From: Thermoanaerobaculia bacterium
Lineage (GTDB): Bacteria; Acidobacteriota; Thermoanaerobaculia; UBA5066
Direction of reading: 5' to 3'
DNA length: 64,000 nucleotides
NCBI GenBank assembly: GCA_963719225.1
Contig: CAVRAY010000002.1
Coordinates: 416,001 to 480,000, forward strand
The position numbers were made by a program, and so were the translations under genes. Shown piece after piece: positions 1 to 8,686 of the stretch. Under the pieces are notes generated by a model that saw nothing but the letters and a program-made list of their open reading frames with translations, did no database searches and was not told the origin of the DNA. How positions within the stretch are numbered: position 1 is the first letter of the stretch; each line of letters begins with the position of its first letter.

Positions 1-506
1 CCTACGAGAGGCGCGGCTGCGCCTCGTGTCATGGAGTGGACGGCCGGCCCGCGGCGAACGCGCCTCCGAACGCACTCGGCCTCGCCGCGCGCGCACACGT
101 CCTGGGCGGCGACGCGCTCGTCGCGCACGTGAAGGCGAAGAGTCCGAAGCCGGCCGCCGGCGACGAGGACGGAGAAAACCCCGACAAGGACGTGCCGTCT
201 CTCCTCACGTACCTCGAGGCGGTCTCGCGGGACGGCGTCAAGCTCTCCGCGCTGCCCGGGCCGATCCGCGTCGGCGGCGCCGCGATCGACCGCGAGGACT
301 GCCGGCAATGTCACCAGCTCTACGGGGAAGGCGGCCGGCGGGGGCCCGTGCTCCAGCATCTCCTCGGCAAGCGCGACAAGGACTGGCTCGTCGAGCACTT
401 CAAGGAGCCGAAGAAGGTCGTGCCGGGCTCGAAGATGCCGCCGTTCAGGTTCCTGCCCGACGCCGAGCTCCAGGCGATGTCCGACTATCTCCTCGCACTG
501 CCGTGA
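1..506 (+). CDS. multiheme c-type cytochrome, 5'-truncated by window edge
   Basis: The frame open from base 3 reads YERRGCASCHG (CxxCH at 18-32). A second motif CRQCH follows, then HFKEPKKVVPGSKMP with a candidate Met axial ligand. Confidence 0.8.
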   Translation, partial: YERRGCASCHGVDGRPAANAPPNALGLAARAHVLGGDALVAHVKAKSPKPAAGDEDGENPDKDVPSLLTYLEAVSRDGVKLSALPGPIRVGGAAIDREDCRQCHQLYGEGGRRGPVLQHLLGKRDKDWLVEHFKEPKKVVPGSKMPPFRFLPDAELQAMSDYLLALP

Positions 507-1291
507 CGAACGTCCGGATCGCGCTCGCGAACCTGAGGTACCCGGCGACGCCGGAGCAGTCGGTGGAGCTCGCCGAAGAGGCCATCGCACGCGCGTCGGA
601 GCGCGGCGCGGCGGTCGTCTGCTTCCCCGAGTGCTATGTCCCGGGCTATCGCGGGCTCGGCAAGTCCCCGCCTCCACCCGACGCCGCCTTCCTCGGGCGG
701 GCGGCGACGCGTGTGGCCGCCGCGGCCGCGAAGGCGCGCGTGGCCGTCGTTCTCGGAACGGAGCGGCTGGACGGAGACGCGCTCCTCGCGACGGCGCTCG
801 TCGTCGGGAAGGACGGGACGCGTCTGGGCTATCAGGACAAGGTGCAGGTCGACCCCTCCGAGGACGGCATCTACACGCCCGGCACCTCGCGCCGCGTCTT
901 CACCGCGGGAGAGCTCACGTTCGGCGTCGTGATCTGTCACGAGGGTTGGCGATACCCCGAGACCGTGCGCTTCGCGGCGCGGAAAGGTGCGCAGGTCGTC
1001 TTCCACCCGCATCTCGAGCTGGGCGGACCGGGCGGCGTCGCGCCGAGGACCTTCGCGGACAGTGCGAACACGTTCCACGAGAAGGCGCTCCTCTGCCGCG
1101 CGGCAGAGAACACGTGCTTCATCGCGTCCGTGAACTACGCGGCGGCCGGCTCGGCGACGACGTCGGCCGTCGTGAATCCGGACGGCACCCTCCTCGCGCA
1201 CTTCCCGTATGGCGAAGAGGGGTTGCTCATCGCCGACCTCGACCTCTCCCTCGCGACCGGCTTGCTCGCGTCGCGCTACAGAGCCGTCTAG
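503..1291 (+). CDS. carbon-nitrogen hydrolase (nitrilase superfamily)
   Basis: GTG start overlaps the upstream TGA (GTGA). E-K-C triad motifs FPEC, QDKVQ and VICHEGWRYPE; also RAAEN. Confidence 0.88.
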   Translation: MTNVRIALANLRYPATPEQSVELAEEAIARASERGAAVVCFPECYVPGYRGLGKSPPPPDAAFLGRAATRVAAAAAKARVAVVLGTERLDGDALLATALVVGKDGTRLGYQDKVQVDPSEDGIYTPGTSRRVFTAGELTFGVVICHEGWRYPETVRFAARKGAQVVFHPHLELGGPGGVAPRTFADSANTFHEKALLCRAAENTCFIASVNYAAAGSATTSAVVNPDGTLLAHFPYGEEGLLIADLDLSLATGLLASRYRAV

Positions 1292-1357
1292 AGATTTCTC
1301 TCGAAAATCGTGCTCCGTTCGTCGTTTAGCTGATCTCGTCGTTTGGTATCCTGAAAA

Positions 1358-1537
1358 AGAGTTCCCCGTGAACGCCGCGATGATCCACCGGCACGAGGTG
1401 ACGCCGTTCGCGACGGGGTCCTCCTCTGCCGGGGGAAAGCTCGGATTGAAGCTGGCTTTCTTGAATGCCAGCGCGCCACGGGCGACATCATCGGGCCGGA
1501 GAGCGAGAGCTGAAAGCCCATTCAAGAGGTTGGAACG
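1358..1537 (+). ncRNA. candidate structured non-coding RNA, family not recognised
   Basis: Intergenic between convergent genes. Extended -10 TGgTATCCT at 1344-1352. Several nested stems and two possible pseudoknots (see findings). Confidence 0.5.
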
Positions 1538-1547
1538 CTGAGCAGCG

Positions 1548-3455
1548 CTACTTCTCCGTGAAGCTCTTGAGGTCGAGCCGCTGCACGAGGTGGCGGCGGA
1601 ACTCCTCGGGCGGAAGCGACGCGACCTGGCGGCCCTCGTGGTGCTCGATCGCGGCGAGCACCTTCTCCCAAAGGAACTCGCGGCGGGCGATCTCGTCGAG
1701 GTCGCGCACCTTGCCGAACTCCTGGACGTACTTGTTGTGGCGGCAGAGCATGCGGAAAGCGTGCTCCGTGTTCGGCCTACGGACGGGAAGGCCGAGGATC
1801 CTCACGTCGTTGCCGACGTCGTGGATCGGCTGGCCCCACTCGCCGTATCCGCCGAAGATCGTGCCGAGCTTCTCGAGCGCGTTCGCGAGCTTCGGCTCGC
1901 CGCCCCTCTCGAGCGCCGTTTTCACGATCGGCAGCGTGATGTTGCGGAAGAGCGTGGGATCGGCGAGCCGCACGTTGATCCCGATCTCCTCGCGCGTGAT
2001 GCGGGCGATGTCCTCGGACCGGATGCGGTTGTCCGTCGCGAGGTGGATCCGCTCGCCGATCGACGCCGGCACCGTGAGGGCCGCGAGGATGCCCTGGACG
2101 ACCCTGTCCACGGGGACGAGGTTCAGCTCGGCCGACGCGTCGCCGGGAAAGCTCGACGCGATCGCGCCGATGAGCCAGGCCTTGCCGCGGCCCACCGCGT
2201 CCGCCTGCAGCGCGTCCATCGCCTCCTTGGAGCGTCCGAACGCGTTGATGGGCGCGTTCACGACTTTCGTGTCACCGCGGTTGTTTCCGGTCTTCGAGTG
2301 GCCGATGACGATCGAGGGCAGGAGCTGCGACACGCGGAGGCCCTTGTCGACGAGCGTGTAGTCGGTCTCCAGGGACGCCATTGCCTTCGTGAGCTCGTAG
2401 AAGTTGTTGTAGAAGTTCCGCGGAAAAACCAGCGCCGACTCCTGGGCGGTCGTCTTCTTCTTCCGCCCGTGAATGTAGGACGTCTCGATCGCGATGTGCT
2501 GGATGAACTTCGAGCCCTTCGCCTGCTGGAGAGAGAGCGCGAACTGGAGCGCGTTGCGCGCGCCCTGCACGTTCGCGCGGAAGGAGTTCTCGTAAGAGTC
2601 GTCGAAGGAGACGCTCGCGGCGCAGTGCACGACGTGCGTGAGCGTCTTTCTCAGACGGGCGAGCTCCTTCGGCGCGATGCCGAGTTCGGCCTTCTCGATG
2701 TCGCCGTCGACGAAGACGAACTTCCTGGCCTTGGCGCCGGAGATATGGAGGCGCCGGAGGAGAACGGCTCCACGCTGCGCCGGCGAGAGGATTCTCACGA
2801 CCGCCTTCGTCTTCGGATCGCGAACCTTCTCGGGCCGCACGACGGACACGACGCGCTCGATGCGGCGGTCTCCCGCGGCCTGGGCGAGGAACTCCTTGCC
2901 GAGAAATCCGGTCGCGCCCGTCAGCAACACCTGCAGCCGCGGGCTTCGTCCGCGCGCGCGCAGGAGGACGCGGGCCTCCTTCTGGAGCTTCTCGATGCGT
3001 GCCTTGACCTCTTTCTCGGAAAGATGCGACGCCTCACGGAACTTGAAGAAGACGTCCCGGTCCGTGACCCCGATGAGGTTCTTCGCGCTCTTTTCCACGG
3101 CCTTGCTGCCCGTGGCCGATCCGATGGCCTCGGCGAGCTTGATCCCGAGAAGGTTCACTTTTCTCAGGCCGTCCTTCACGGCGTTCTCGTTGCCGGTCCA
3201 CTGGATCAGGCGGCTCGCGAGATATTGGGCCGTGACGTCGATCGGATTCTTGTCGCGGTGCGCGTGGACGAGGAGGTCGTCCGGGTCGATCGGCCGGAGG
3301 ACCTCCTTGCCGGTCGAAAAGCTCACTTTCGCGATGTAGCGCGACGGTGAACTCTCCCACAGCATTTCCCCCTTGGGGTTGATCGTCGGCGAGATCTCGC
3401 GGGGAGGCGTTCCGTCGGACCCGGGGCCCGGCGGGGCAGACTTTGTCTCGGGCAT
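1548..3455 (-). CDS. extended SDR / fatty acyl-CoA reductase-like (NAD_binding_4) with N-terminal extension
   Basis: VLLTGATGFLG, HCAASVSF, NVQGARN, YELTK (YxxxK) and LNLVPVD motifs. SD GGAGG precedes ATG 3455. Confidence 0.8.
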   Translation of the reverse strand: MPETKSAPPGPGSDGTPPREISPTINPKGEMLWESSPSRYIAKVSFSTGKEVLRPIDPDDLLVHAHRDKNPIDVTAQYLASRLIQWTGNENAVKDGLRKVNLLGIKLAEAIGSATGSKAVEKSAKNLIGVTDRDVFFKFREASHLSEKEVKARIEKLQKEARVLLRARGRSPRLQVLLTGATGFLGKEFLAQAAGDRRIERVVSVVRPEKVRDPKTKAVVRILSPAQRGAVLLRRLHISGAKARKFVFVDGDIEKAELGIAPKELARLRKTLTHVVHCAASVSFDDSYENSFRANVQGARNALQFALSLQQAKGSKFIQHIAIETSYIHGRKKKTTAQESALVFPRNFYNNFYELTKAMASLETDYTLVDKGLRVSQLLPSIVIGHSKTGNNRGDTKVVNAPINAFGRSKEAMDALQADAVGRGKAWLIGAIASSFPGDASAELNLVPVDRVVQGILAALTVPASIGERIHLATDNRIRSEDIARITREEIGINVRLADPTLFRNITLPIVKTALERGGEPKLANALEKLGTIFGGYGEWGQPIHDVGNDVRILGLPVRRPNTEHAFRMLCRHNKYVQEFGKVRDLDEIARREFLWEKVLAAIEHHEGRQVASLPPEEFRRHLVQRLDLKSFTEK

Positions 3456-3500
3456 CGGCTCCTCCGAAAAGAGGACGGTCATTGTAGTCCCCGAGGCGCG

Positions 3501-4226
3501 TCAACTCAGGGCTGCGACGAAGGCGGAAGCGGCGAGCGCGACCGCGAGGGCCGCGTCGTTTCCGGCCTCGAGGTAAAGCGTGGCCGAGGGATCGGTCACG
3601 ACGGCGAGAGAGCCCGCGCGAACGAGCTTCGCCTCTTCGCCGTCCACGAGAGTGATCTTGCCGGAGAAGACGGCGATCGCGCGAACGCCGCGGAACGCCC
3701 ATCGCGCCGTGGGCGGGGGACCGAGGCGCAGAACGGCCAGGCCCGCCTCGGGCAACTGCGCGAGCGTTCGCATGCCCGTGATACCCGGAACCGCCCGTCC
3801 GCCGAGGTCGTCCCTCCTGATGTGGCGTCCGCCTTTGGGAGACGTTCTGCAAATTTCTTCGAGTGGAAGAGAGGGGGATGGGGCGCCGGGGGACGCCAAG
3901 GCCGCGAGAGCGGCAGCCGTCCAGACGAGGACGTCGCCGGCGGCGAACACGCCGCCACCCGTGAGCACGAGCAGCGCCCCTGAACGACGTTCTCCTTCCC
4001 CCTCTTCCCCTTCCAAGAAAAATCCACCGTATCCCTCGTCGAGACGCAGCAGGTTTTGAGCTGGCAAGTCTTCGAACCTGTATACCGAAATGCCCGGCGC
4101 GTGCGCGGTCGGCGCCGGAGGCGGCACGGGGCCACGGCGCTCGTCGTCGGAAGGAATGTCCTTCGCGCGAGGGGGCGGCTCCTTCTCCTTCCTCGCGCTC
4201 CGCGCTTTGCCGAATGGCCAGTTCAC
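3501..4226 (-). CDS. hypothetical protein, possibly cupin-like
   Basis: GC3-rich ORF. The C-terminal VFSGKITLVDGEEAKLVRAGSLAVV resembles a cupin barrel. TAGAGT lies 6 nt before the GTG. Confidence 0.55.
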   Translation of the reverse strand: MNWPFGKARSARKEKEPPPRAKDIPSDDERRGPVPPPAPTAHAPGISVYRFEDLPAQNLLRLDEGYGGFFLEGEEGEGERRSGALLVLTGGGVFAAGDVLVWTAAALAALASPGAPSPSLPLEEICRTSPKGGRHIRRDDLGGRAVPGITGMRTLAQLPEAGLAVLRLGPPPTARWAFRGVRAIAVFSGKITLVDGEEAKLVRAGSLAVVTDPSATLYLEAGNDAALAVALAASAFVAALS

Positions 4227-4265
4227 TCGGGAACTCTAGCGCGGCGCCGCCGGAACGGTCGAGAG

Positions 4266-5018
4266 TCAGGAGCCGAGGCGGTCGTGGAGACGCTGCGCTC
4301 CGGTCCGGCTCACGGGAAGCCGCGTGCCGTCCAGGAGCACGGCCGTCGGCGCGCCCGTCCGGGACGGCTCGAGCCGGGCGAGGCGATCGAGATTCAGGAG
4401 GTACGACCGGTGGATCCTCACGAATCGCTCGTTGGGGAGTGCGTCCTCGAGGCTCGCGAGCGTCTGGTTCTTGAGATGGTTTCGTCCCTCGGCGCGGAGG
4501 AGGACGTAGTCGTCCTCGGCTTTCACGTAATCGATCTTCGAAACGGGAAGGACCGTGACCGTGACACCGTCCTTCACGACGACACGGGAAAGAGGGGCGC
4601 CCCGGGGAACGGAACGGTCGCCACCCGGGGCGCCGCCGGAGGCGAGCCGCGCGCGGGCGCGCGCGAGCGCCGTCTCGAATCGCGCACGGTCGAAAGGCTT
4701 GAGAAGGTAGTCCACGGCGTTCTCGTCGAACGCCTTCAGCGCGTACTGGTCGTACGCCGTGATGAAGATGACGGCGGGCCGGCCCGCGTCGTCGCGCTCG
4801 ATGAGCTCGAGGACCTCGAAACCGTCGAGCTCGGGCATCTGGACGTCGAGAAAGAGGAGATCGGGCTTCTTCTCGGCGACGGCTTTCACGGCTTCGAAGC
4901 CATTCGCGCACTCGGCGAGGATCGTCACGTCCGCGTGCGCGGCGAGGAGCTGGCGCACGAGCGAGCGGGCGAGCTCCTCGTCATCCACGATCACGGCGCC
5001 GAGCGGGCGGGAGGCCAC
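4266..5018 (-). CDS. LytTR-family two-component response regulator
   Basis: REC motifs VDDE, LFLDVQMP, FITAYD, DYLLKPF. LytTR motifs FVRIHRSYLLN and LPVSR. Confidence 0.95.
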   Translation of the reverse strand: MASRPLGAVIVDDEELARSLVRQLLAAHADVTILAECANGFEAVKAVAEKKPDLLFLDVQMPELDGFEVLELIERDDAGRPAVIFITAYDQYALKAFDENAVDYLLKPFDRARFETALARARARLASGGAPGGDRSVPRGAPLSRVVVKDGVTVTVLPVSKIDYVKAEDDYVLLRAEGRNHLKNQTLASLEDALPNERFVRIHRSYLLNLDRLARLEPSRTGAPTAVLLDGTRLPVSRTGAQRLHDRLGS

Positions 5019-5052
5019 GGAACGAATATATCCGGGACCTCCCGCCCGAGGA

Positions 5053-7101
5053 TCAGGCCGTCTTGCCGAATATGGCCGAGCGAACCTTCCTCTTCATGGC
5101 CTCGACCTCCGGGCCCGCGGGAGCGCCGGCTCCCTCGCCGTCGGCCTGGTTCGCGACGAACAGCGTGAGGAGCGCGTCGAGGACGTTGCCCGTCCGCGAG
5201 CCGTCCGCGCCGCCGCCGCTCACGACGACGCGCGGCACGATGTCGACCTTCGACTTCTCGATCGCCTCCGCGAAGCGCGACAGCACAGCCTGCGCGACCT
5301 GGTAGCGCGGTCCGCCGTAAGCGCGGACCTGCTCCTCGGCGGCGATCGCCTGCGCGACGCCCACACGAGCCGCCCGGTCCGCTTCGGCCTGACCGACGGC
5401 CTGGATGCGCGCGGCCTCGGCGTCCGCGAGGAGCCGGACCTTCTTCCCTTCGGCGTCCGCGAGCGCCTGGATCTGCGCGGCCTGCTGGAGCGAGCGCTGG
5501 TACTCCGCACGGCCCTGGTTGCCCTGTACGGTGATCGAGACCTCGGATTCCGTGAGGAGCGACTGTTGCTTCGCGCGCGCCTCCGCCTCTCTCAGCTCCC
5601 TCTCCTTCACGGCGGCCGTCTGCTGGCGCGTGTACGTCTCGACCTGCTCCTCTGCGACCTGCCGCGCGCGCAGCTGGTTCAGGATCTGCTCGATCGAGCT
5701 GCCCGGCGCTGCGCCCGGCGTTCCGATGAGCACTTCCTCGAGCTCGAGGTTGTAGCGCAGGAATTTCTCCTTCATCTCGAACGACGCCGCGTCCTGGATC
5801 GCGCTGCGGTCCTGGATGAGCTGGAGGAGCGTGCGCGTCTGGCCCACGTTCTTGAAGTACGCCGAGACCATCGGGTCGAGCGTCTGCTCGACGAGCCGTT
5901 TGATGTCGCCGAAGCGCTGGATGACGAGCGGCGCCTTGCGGTAGTCGATGTGGATGACGACGGAGAGCGGCAGCGTCGGCTCGAAGGCGTCCTTCGTGAT
6001 GAGCCCGATCTCCGAGAGGTTCTCGTCGAGGCGGTGCGAGCCCGTCTCGGTCTTGATCCACTTCAGGATGATGTTCGTCGTCGGGACGGTGACGACGCGC
6101 CCGGCATACGTGTTGAACGCGTACTTGCCCGGGCCCAGGGGGATGCTCCACACGCCGCGGCAGCCGGCCGACACGGTCTCGCCGTGCGCGTACTCCGGTC
6201 CCGAGAGGTCCTCGCCCGCGCGGCCGGTGTACGACACGACGACGCCGACGGATCCGACCTCGACGACGGTCTTCGGGATCATCTCCACCGTCGCGAAGAG
6301 GCGGTTCAGGATGTACGTGCCCTCCACGAGCACCTGGAGCTGGCGGCCGCGCAGGCCGCCGGCGGCGAGGAAGCGCTCCGGGTCCTGGAACTTGTTGTGG
6401 TACGTGGCGCCCTCTCCGGGGTCGTCGCCGAGGACGGGCGCGATGATCTCCCCCTCCGGCAGCGACGGGCCGTCGTGCACCGTGACGATGCCGACGAGGT
6501 CGTCCGTGCCCTTGATGACGACGGGCGTGAAGCCCTGGCGCTCGGCGATGAGCTGCGCCATGCGGCGGAGGAGCTCCTCGTCCTGCCGGTCGAGGGGCAG
6601 ATGGAGAACTCCCGACTCCGTGATGACCGCGAAAAGCGCGAGGTTGATCGCCCACGTGCCCTCGCGGAGGACCATCCGCTGCGGGCCGCGTTGCCCGCCG
6701 CCCAGAAGGAACGCCGACGCATCCTGGAAGTCCGGAGCCTTTCCCAGGGCGGCGAGCGTCTGCGTCGGAAGAAGCGGCGCCCCGTCGCGCGCGAAGACGT
6801 AGCCGAGCTTCCCCTGCGGGATGGTCACGAGCGGGACGCGGTGGACGCGGTGCGAGAGGCGTGACAGCACGTGCCAGCCGCCGCGCAGGAGGTGCGGCTG
6901 GTATCCGGCCTCGCCTCTCAGCGCGATGAGGCCGGTCTTGACGGAGCCCTTGCCGCTCACGAGCTTCTCCACGATTCCGACCCGGTTATTCGGGATGTAT
7001 CGCAGGAAGAGCGTGAACGCGAGCGCGCCGAGAGCGCCTGCGAGAACGAGCAGACTGAGGACGAGATGAGCCGACACGAAGAGCCACAGAAGCTTCAACA
7101 C
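5053..7101 (-). CDS. SPFH/band 7 (flotillin-like) membrane protein
   Basis: N-terminal TM segment, repeated GxRGxQxxVLxEG units, SPFH core (ITKDAFEP...IQRFGD) and an Ala/Glu-rich coiled coil. Confidence 0.85.
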   Translation of the reverse strand: MLKLLWLFVSAHLVLSLLVLAGALGALAFTLFLRYIPNNRVGIVEKLVSGKGSVKTGLIALRGEAGYQPHLLRGGWHVLSRLSHRVHRVPLVTIPQGKLGYVFARDGAPLLPTQTLAALGKAPDFQDASAFLLGGGQRGPQRMVLREGTWAINLALFAVITESGVLHLPLDRQDEELLRRMAQLIAERQGFTPVVIKGTDDLVGIVTVHDGPSLPEGEIIAPVLGDDPGEGATYHNKFQDPERFLAAGGLRGRQLQVLVEGTYILNRLFATVEMIPKTVVEVGSVGVVVSYTGRAGEDLSGPEYAHGETVSAGCRGVWSIPLGPGKYAFNTYAGRVVTVPTTNIILKWIKTETGSHRLDENLSEIGLITKDAFEPTLPLSVVIHIDYRKAPLVIQRFGDIKRLVEQTLDPMVSAYFKNVGQTRTLLQLIQDRSAIQDAASFEMKEKFLRYNLELEEVLIGTPGAAPGSSIEQILNQLRARQVAEEQVETYTRQQTAAVKERELREAEARAKQQSLLTESEVSITVQGNQGRAEYQRSLQQAAQIQALADAEGKKVRLLADAEAARIQAVGQAEADRAARVGVAQAIAAEEQVRAYGGPRYQVAQAVLSRFAEAIEKSKVDIVPRVVVSGGGADGSRTGNVLDALLTLFVANQADGEGAGAPAGPEVEAMKRKVRSAIFGKTA

Positions 7102-7140
7102 GGGGCTTCCTCCGGGACCGTGCGGGTGACGGGCCGCTCA

Positions 7141-7167
7141 GAGGGCGGAGCCGCGCCGCGCGTTCCC
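7141..7167 (-). promoter_or_regulatory. putative ECF-sigma promoter for the SPFH gene
   Basis: Minus strand GGGAAC-N17-CCTCT; same spacing as the AAC-N17-CGT motifs at 38571 and 61402. Confidence 0.35.
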
Positions 7168-7214
7168 TTTTCGACGGATGGAAAACGCCCTTGCGGGAAG
7201 CCGTCAGGCCCTAG

Positions 7215-8543
7215 CAGGCTGCTGAAGAAAGGGCTCTTTTTCAAAGGAGCTTGAGCGGGAGAAGACACGTCAAGCTGAAAGAGGGGATTGCTTCGAGAGA
7301 GTGAGTCCGTGCTGCTCGCCTTTTTCGGCCCGCTTCGGTCGCACCGAGGGGCGCTTCAGGGGGAATCAGGCGGTCGAGGACTCCATTCGCGCCATTCGGA
7401 CGAGGTTGTAGGCCGTCATCACGCTGAGGACGTGAGCCGCCACGCGGGCGAGTCCTCGGAAGCGCGTCTTGGCCAGGCCTCCGATGGTCTTACTCCAGCC
7501 GAAGATTTCTTCGACGCGCTTCCTGATTCGCTGGCTCACGGCGTAGCCCGCGTGTCTCGTCGTCCTTCGGTCGATGGCGCTGCGCCTGTTGGTGGTGTTC
7601 TGGGCCACGTGGGGCGTGACGCCTCTCTCTCGGAGCCTTTCGATGAAATCCCTCGTGTCGTAGCCCTTGTCGCCGGCCAGCGTGATGCGCTTGTCCGAGC
7701 CCAGCTCGTCGACCATGCCCAGTGCGGCCGACCTCTCCCCGTAGCCGTCGGCCGTCGTTACGCGCGCCTTCACGCACAGTCCGTTTCTGTTCTCCATCAA
7801 GACGTGGCCGAGGTAGCACAGCTGCGAAGGCTGGCCGTCTCCCTTCTTGTAGAGCTTGGCGTCGGGATCGGTCGTCGAGGCGTGCGTGTCGTTGCGCCTC
7901 TTCTGGCCGCGAAAGTCGACATCGGCGTTGCGGCCGCCAGGAGCTGGCGGCTCATCGCCGCCCTTACCGTCCTTGTCCTTCCGGGGCTGGAAGCTCTTCA
8001 AGGAGGCGTTCGCTTCGATCAGCGTGCCGTCCACGGTGAAGTGCTCGTCCGAGAGAAGAAACTTCTTGCGGGCCTGTGCGACGACTTCCGAGAAGAACTC
8101 CTCGAAGACCTCGGCCTCCAACAGTCTCTGGCGGTTCTTCGAGAAGGTCGTCGGATCGAAGGCCGGTGCAAGCCCCGGCATGTCCAGGAACCAGCGGAAG
8201 AGAAAGTCGTACCCGAGCCGCTCGCAGAAGAGCCGCTCGCTTCTCACGCTGTACAGCGCGATGAGGATCTGCGCCTTGAGAAGCATCTCGGGCGGAATCG
8301 ATGGACGCCCTCGCTCCGAGTACAGCCTGGCGAGCTTGGGCTCGAGACGCCTGAGCGCTTCGTCTGCAAGCGCCTTCACCTTGCGGATCGGGTGGTCCCG
8401 CGGCACGAGCTCCTCGGGCGTCATCGTCACGACAAGATCGACCTGCTTTTCGTTGTCTCCACGCATGCACATCAAGGTGCAGCCGCATCGCGCAGCAGTC
8501 AATGCCTCGCCGCGATTTTCAGGAGCCCTTTTTCAGCAGCCTG
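7215..8543 (-). mobile_element. IS5-family insertion sequence, 1329 bp, CTAG target duplication
   Basis: Terminal IRs CAGGCTGCTGAAGAAAGGGCTC (7215-7236) and GAGCCCTTTTTCAGCAGCCTG (8523-8543). CTAG flanks at 7211-7214 and 8544-8547. Confidence 0.92.
7366..8466 (-). CDS. IS5-family DDE transposase
   Basis: GRPSIPPE...SVRSER...FRWFL N-terminal domain; DDE motifs VDGT, ADKGY-like (GDKGYD) and RKRVEEIFGWSK. Confidence 0.93.
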   Translation of the reverse strand: MRGDNEKQVDLVVTMTPEELVPRDHPIRKVKALADEALRRLEPKLARLYSERGRPSIPPEMLLKAQILIALYSVRSERLFCERLGYDFLFRWFLDMPGLAPAFDPTTFSKNRQRLLEAEVFEEFFSEVVAQARKKFLLSDEHFTVDGTLIEANASLKSFQPRKDKDGKGGDEPPAPGGRNADVDFRGQKRRNDTHASTTDPDAKLYKKGDGQPSQLCYLGHVLMENRNGLCVKARVTTADGYGERSAALGMVDELGSDKRITLAGDKGYDTRDFIERLRERGVTPHVAQNTTNRRSAIDRRTTRHAGYAVSQRIRKRVEEIFGWSKTIGGLAKTRFRGLARVAAHVLSVMTAYNLVRMARMESSTA

Positions 8544-8663
8544 CTAGGGCGTTTCGTTGCGTGACATGTGAGCCACCGATCCCAATGTGCTTCCGGAGGT
8601 GCCGTTCGTCAAGCCGTCTCTCGGCACGACTGATGCACATCGAGCCTGTACCGGGAATCACAA

Positions 8664-8680
8664 GTGCCAGCGACTGGCAC
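8664..8680 (-). terminator. possible terminator hairpin after the histidine kinase
   Basis: GTGCCAG-tcg-CTGGCAC, a perfect 7-bp stem just past the stop codon, with only a weak U-tract. Confidence 0.4.
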
Positions 8681-8686
8681 GAGATT

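Noticed and set aside
1358-1537. Assignment of the candidate RNA to SRP, RNase P, tmRNA, raiA or a known riboswitch
   Set aside because: Signature sequences are absent or out of order. 6S cannot be excluded by eye, but the crossing pairings do not fit a simple rod.
7190-8575. SAM/SAH riboswitch-like words (TGTCAC, ACGGCTTCC) in the reconstructed empty site
   Set aside because: The words are not contiguous, the pairing partner and downstream GGAGC element are missing, and the gene context is unrelated.
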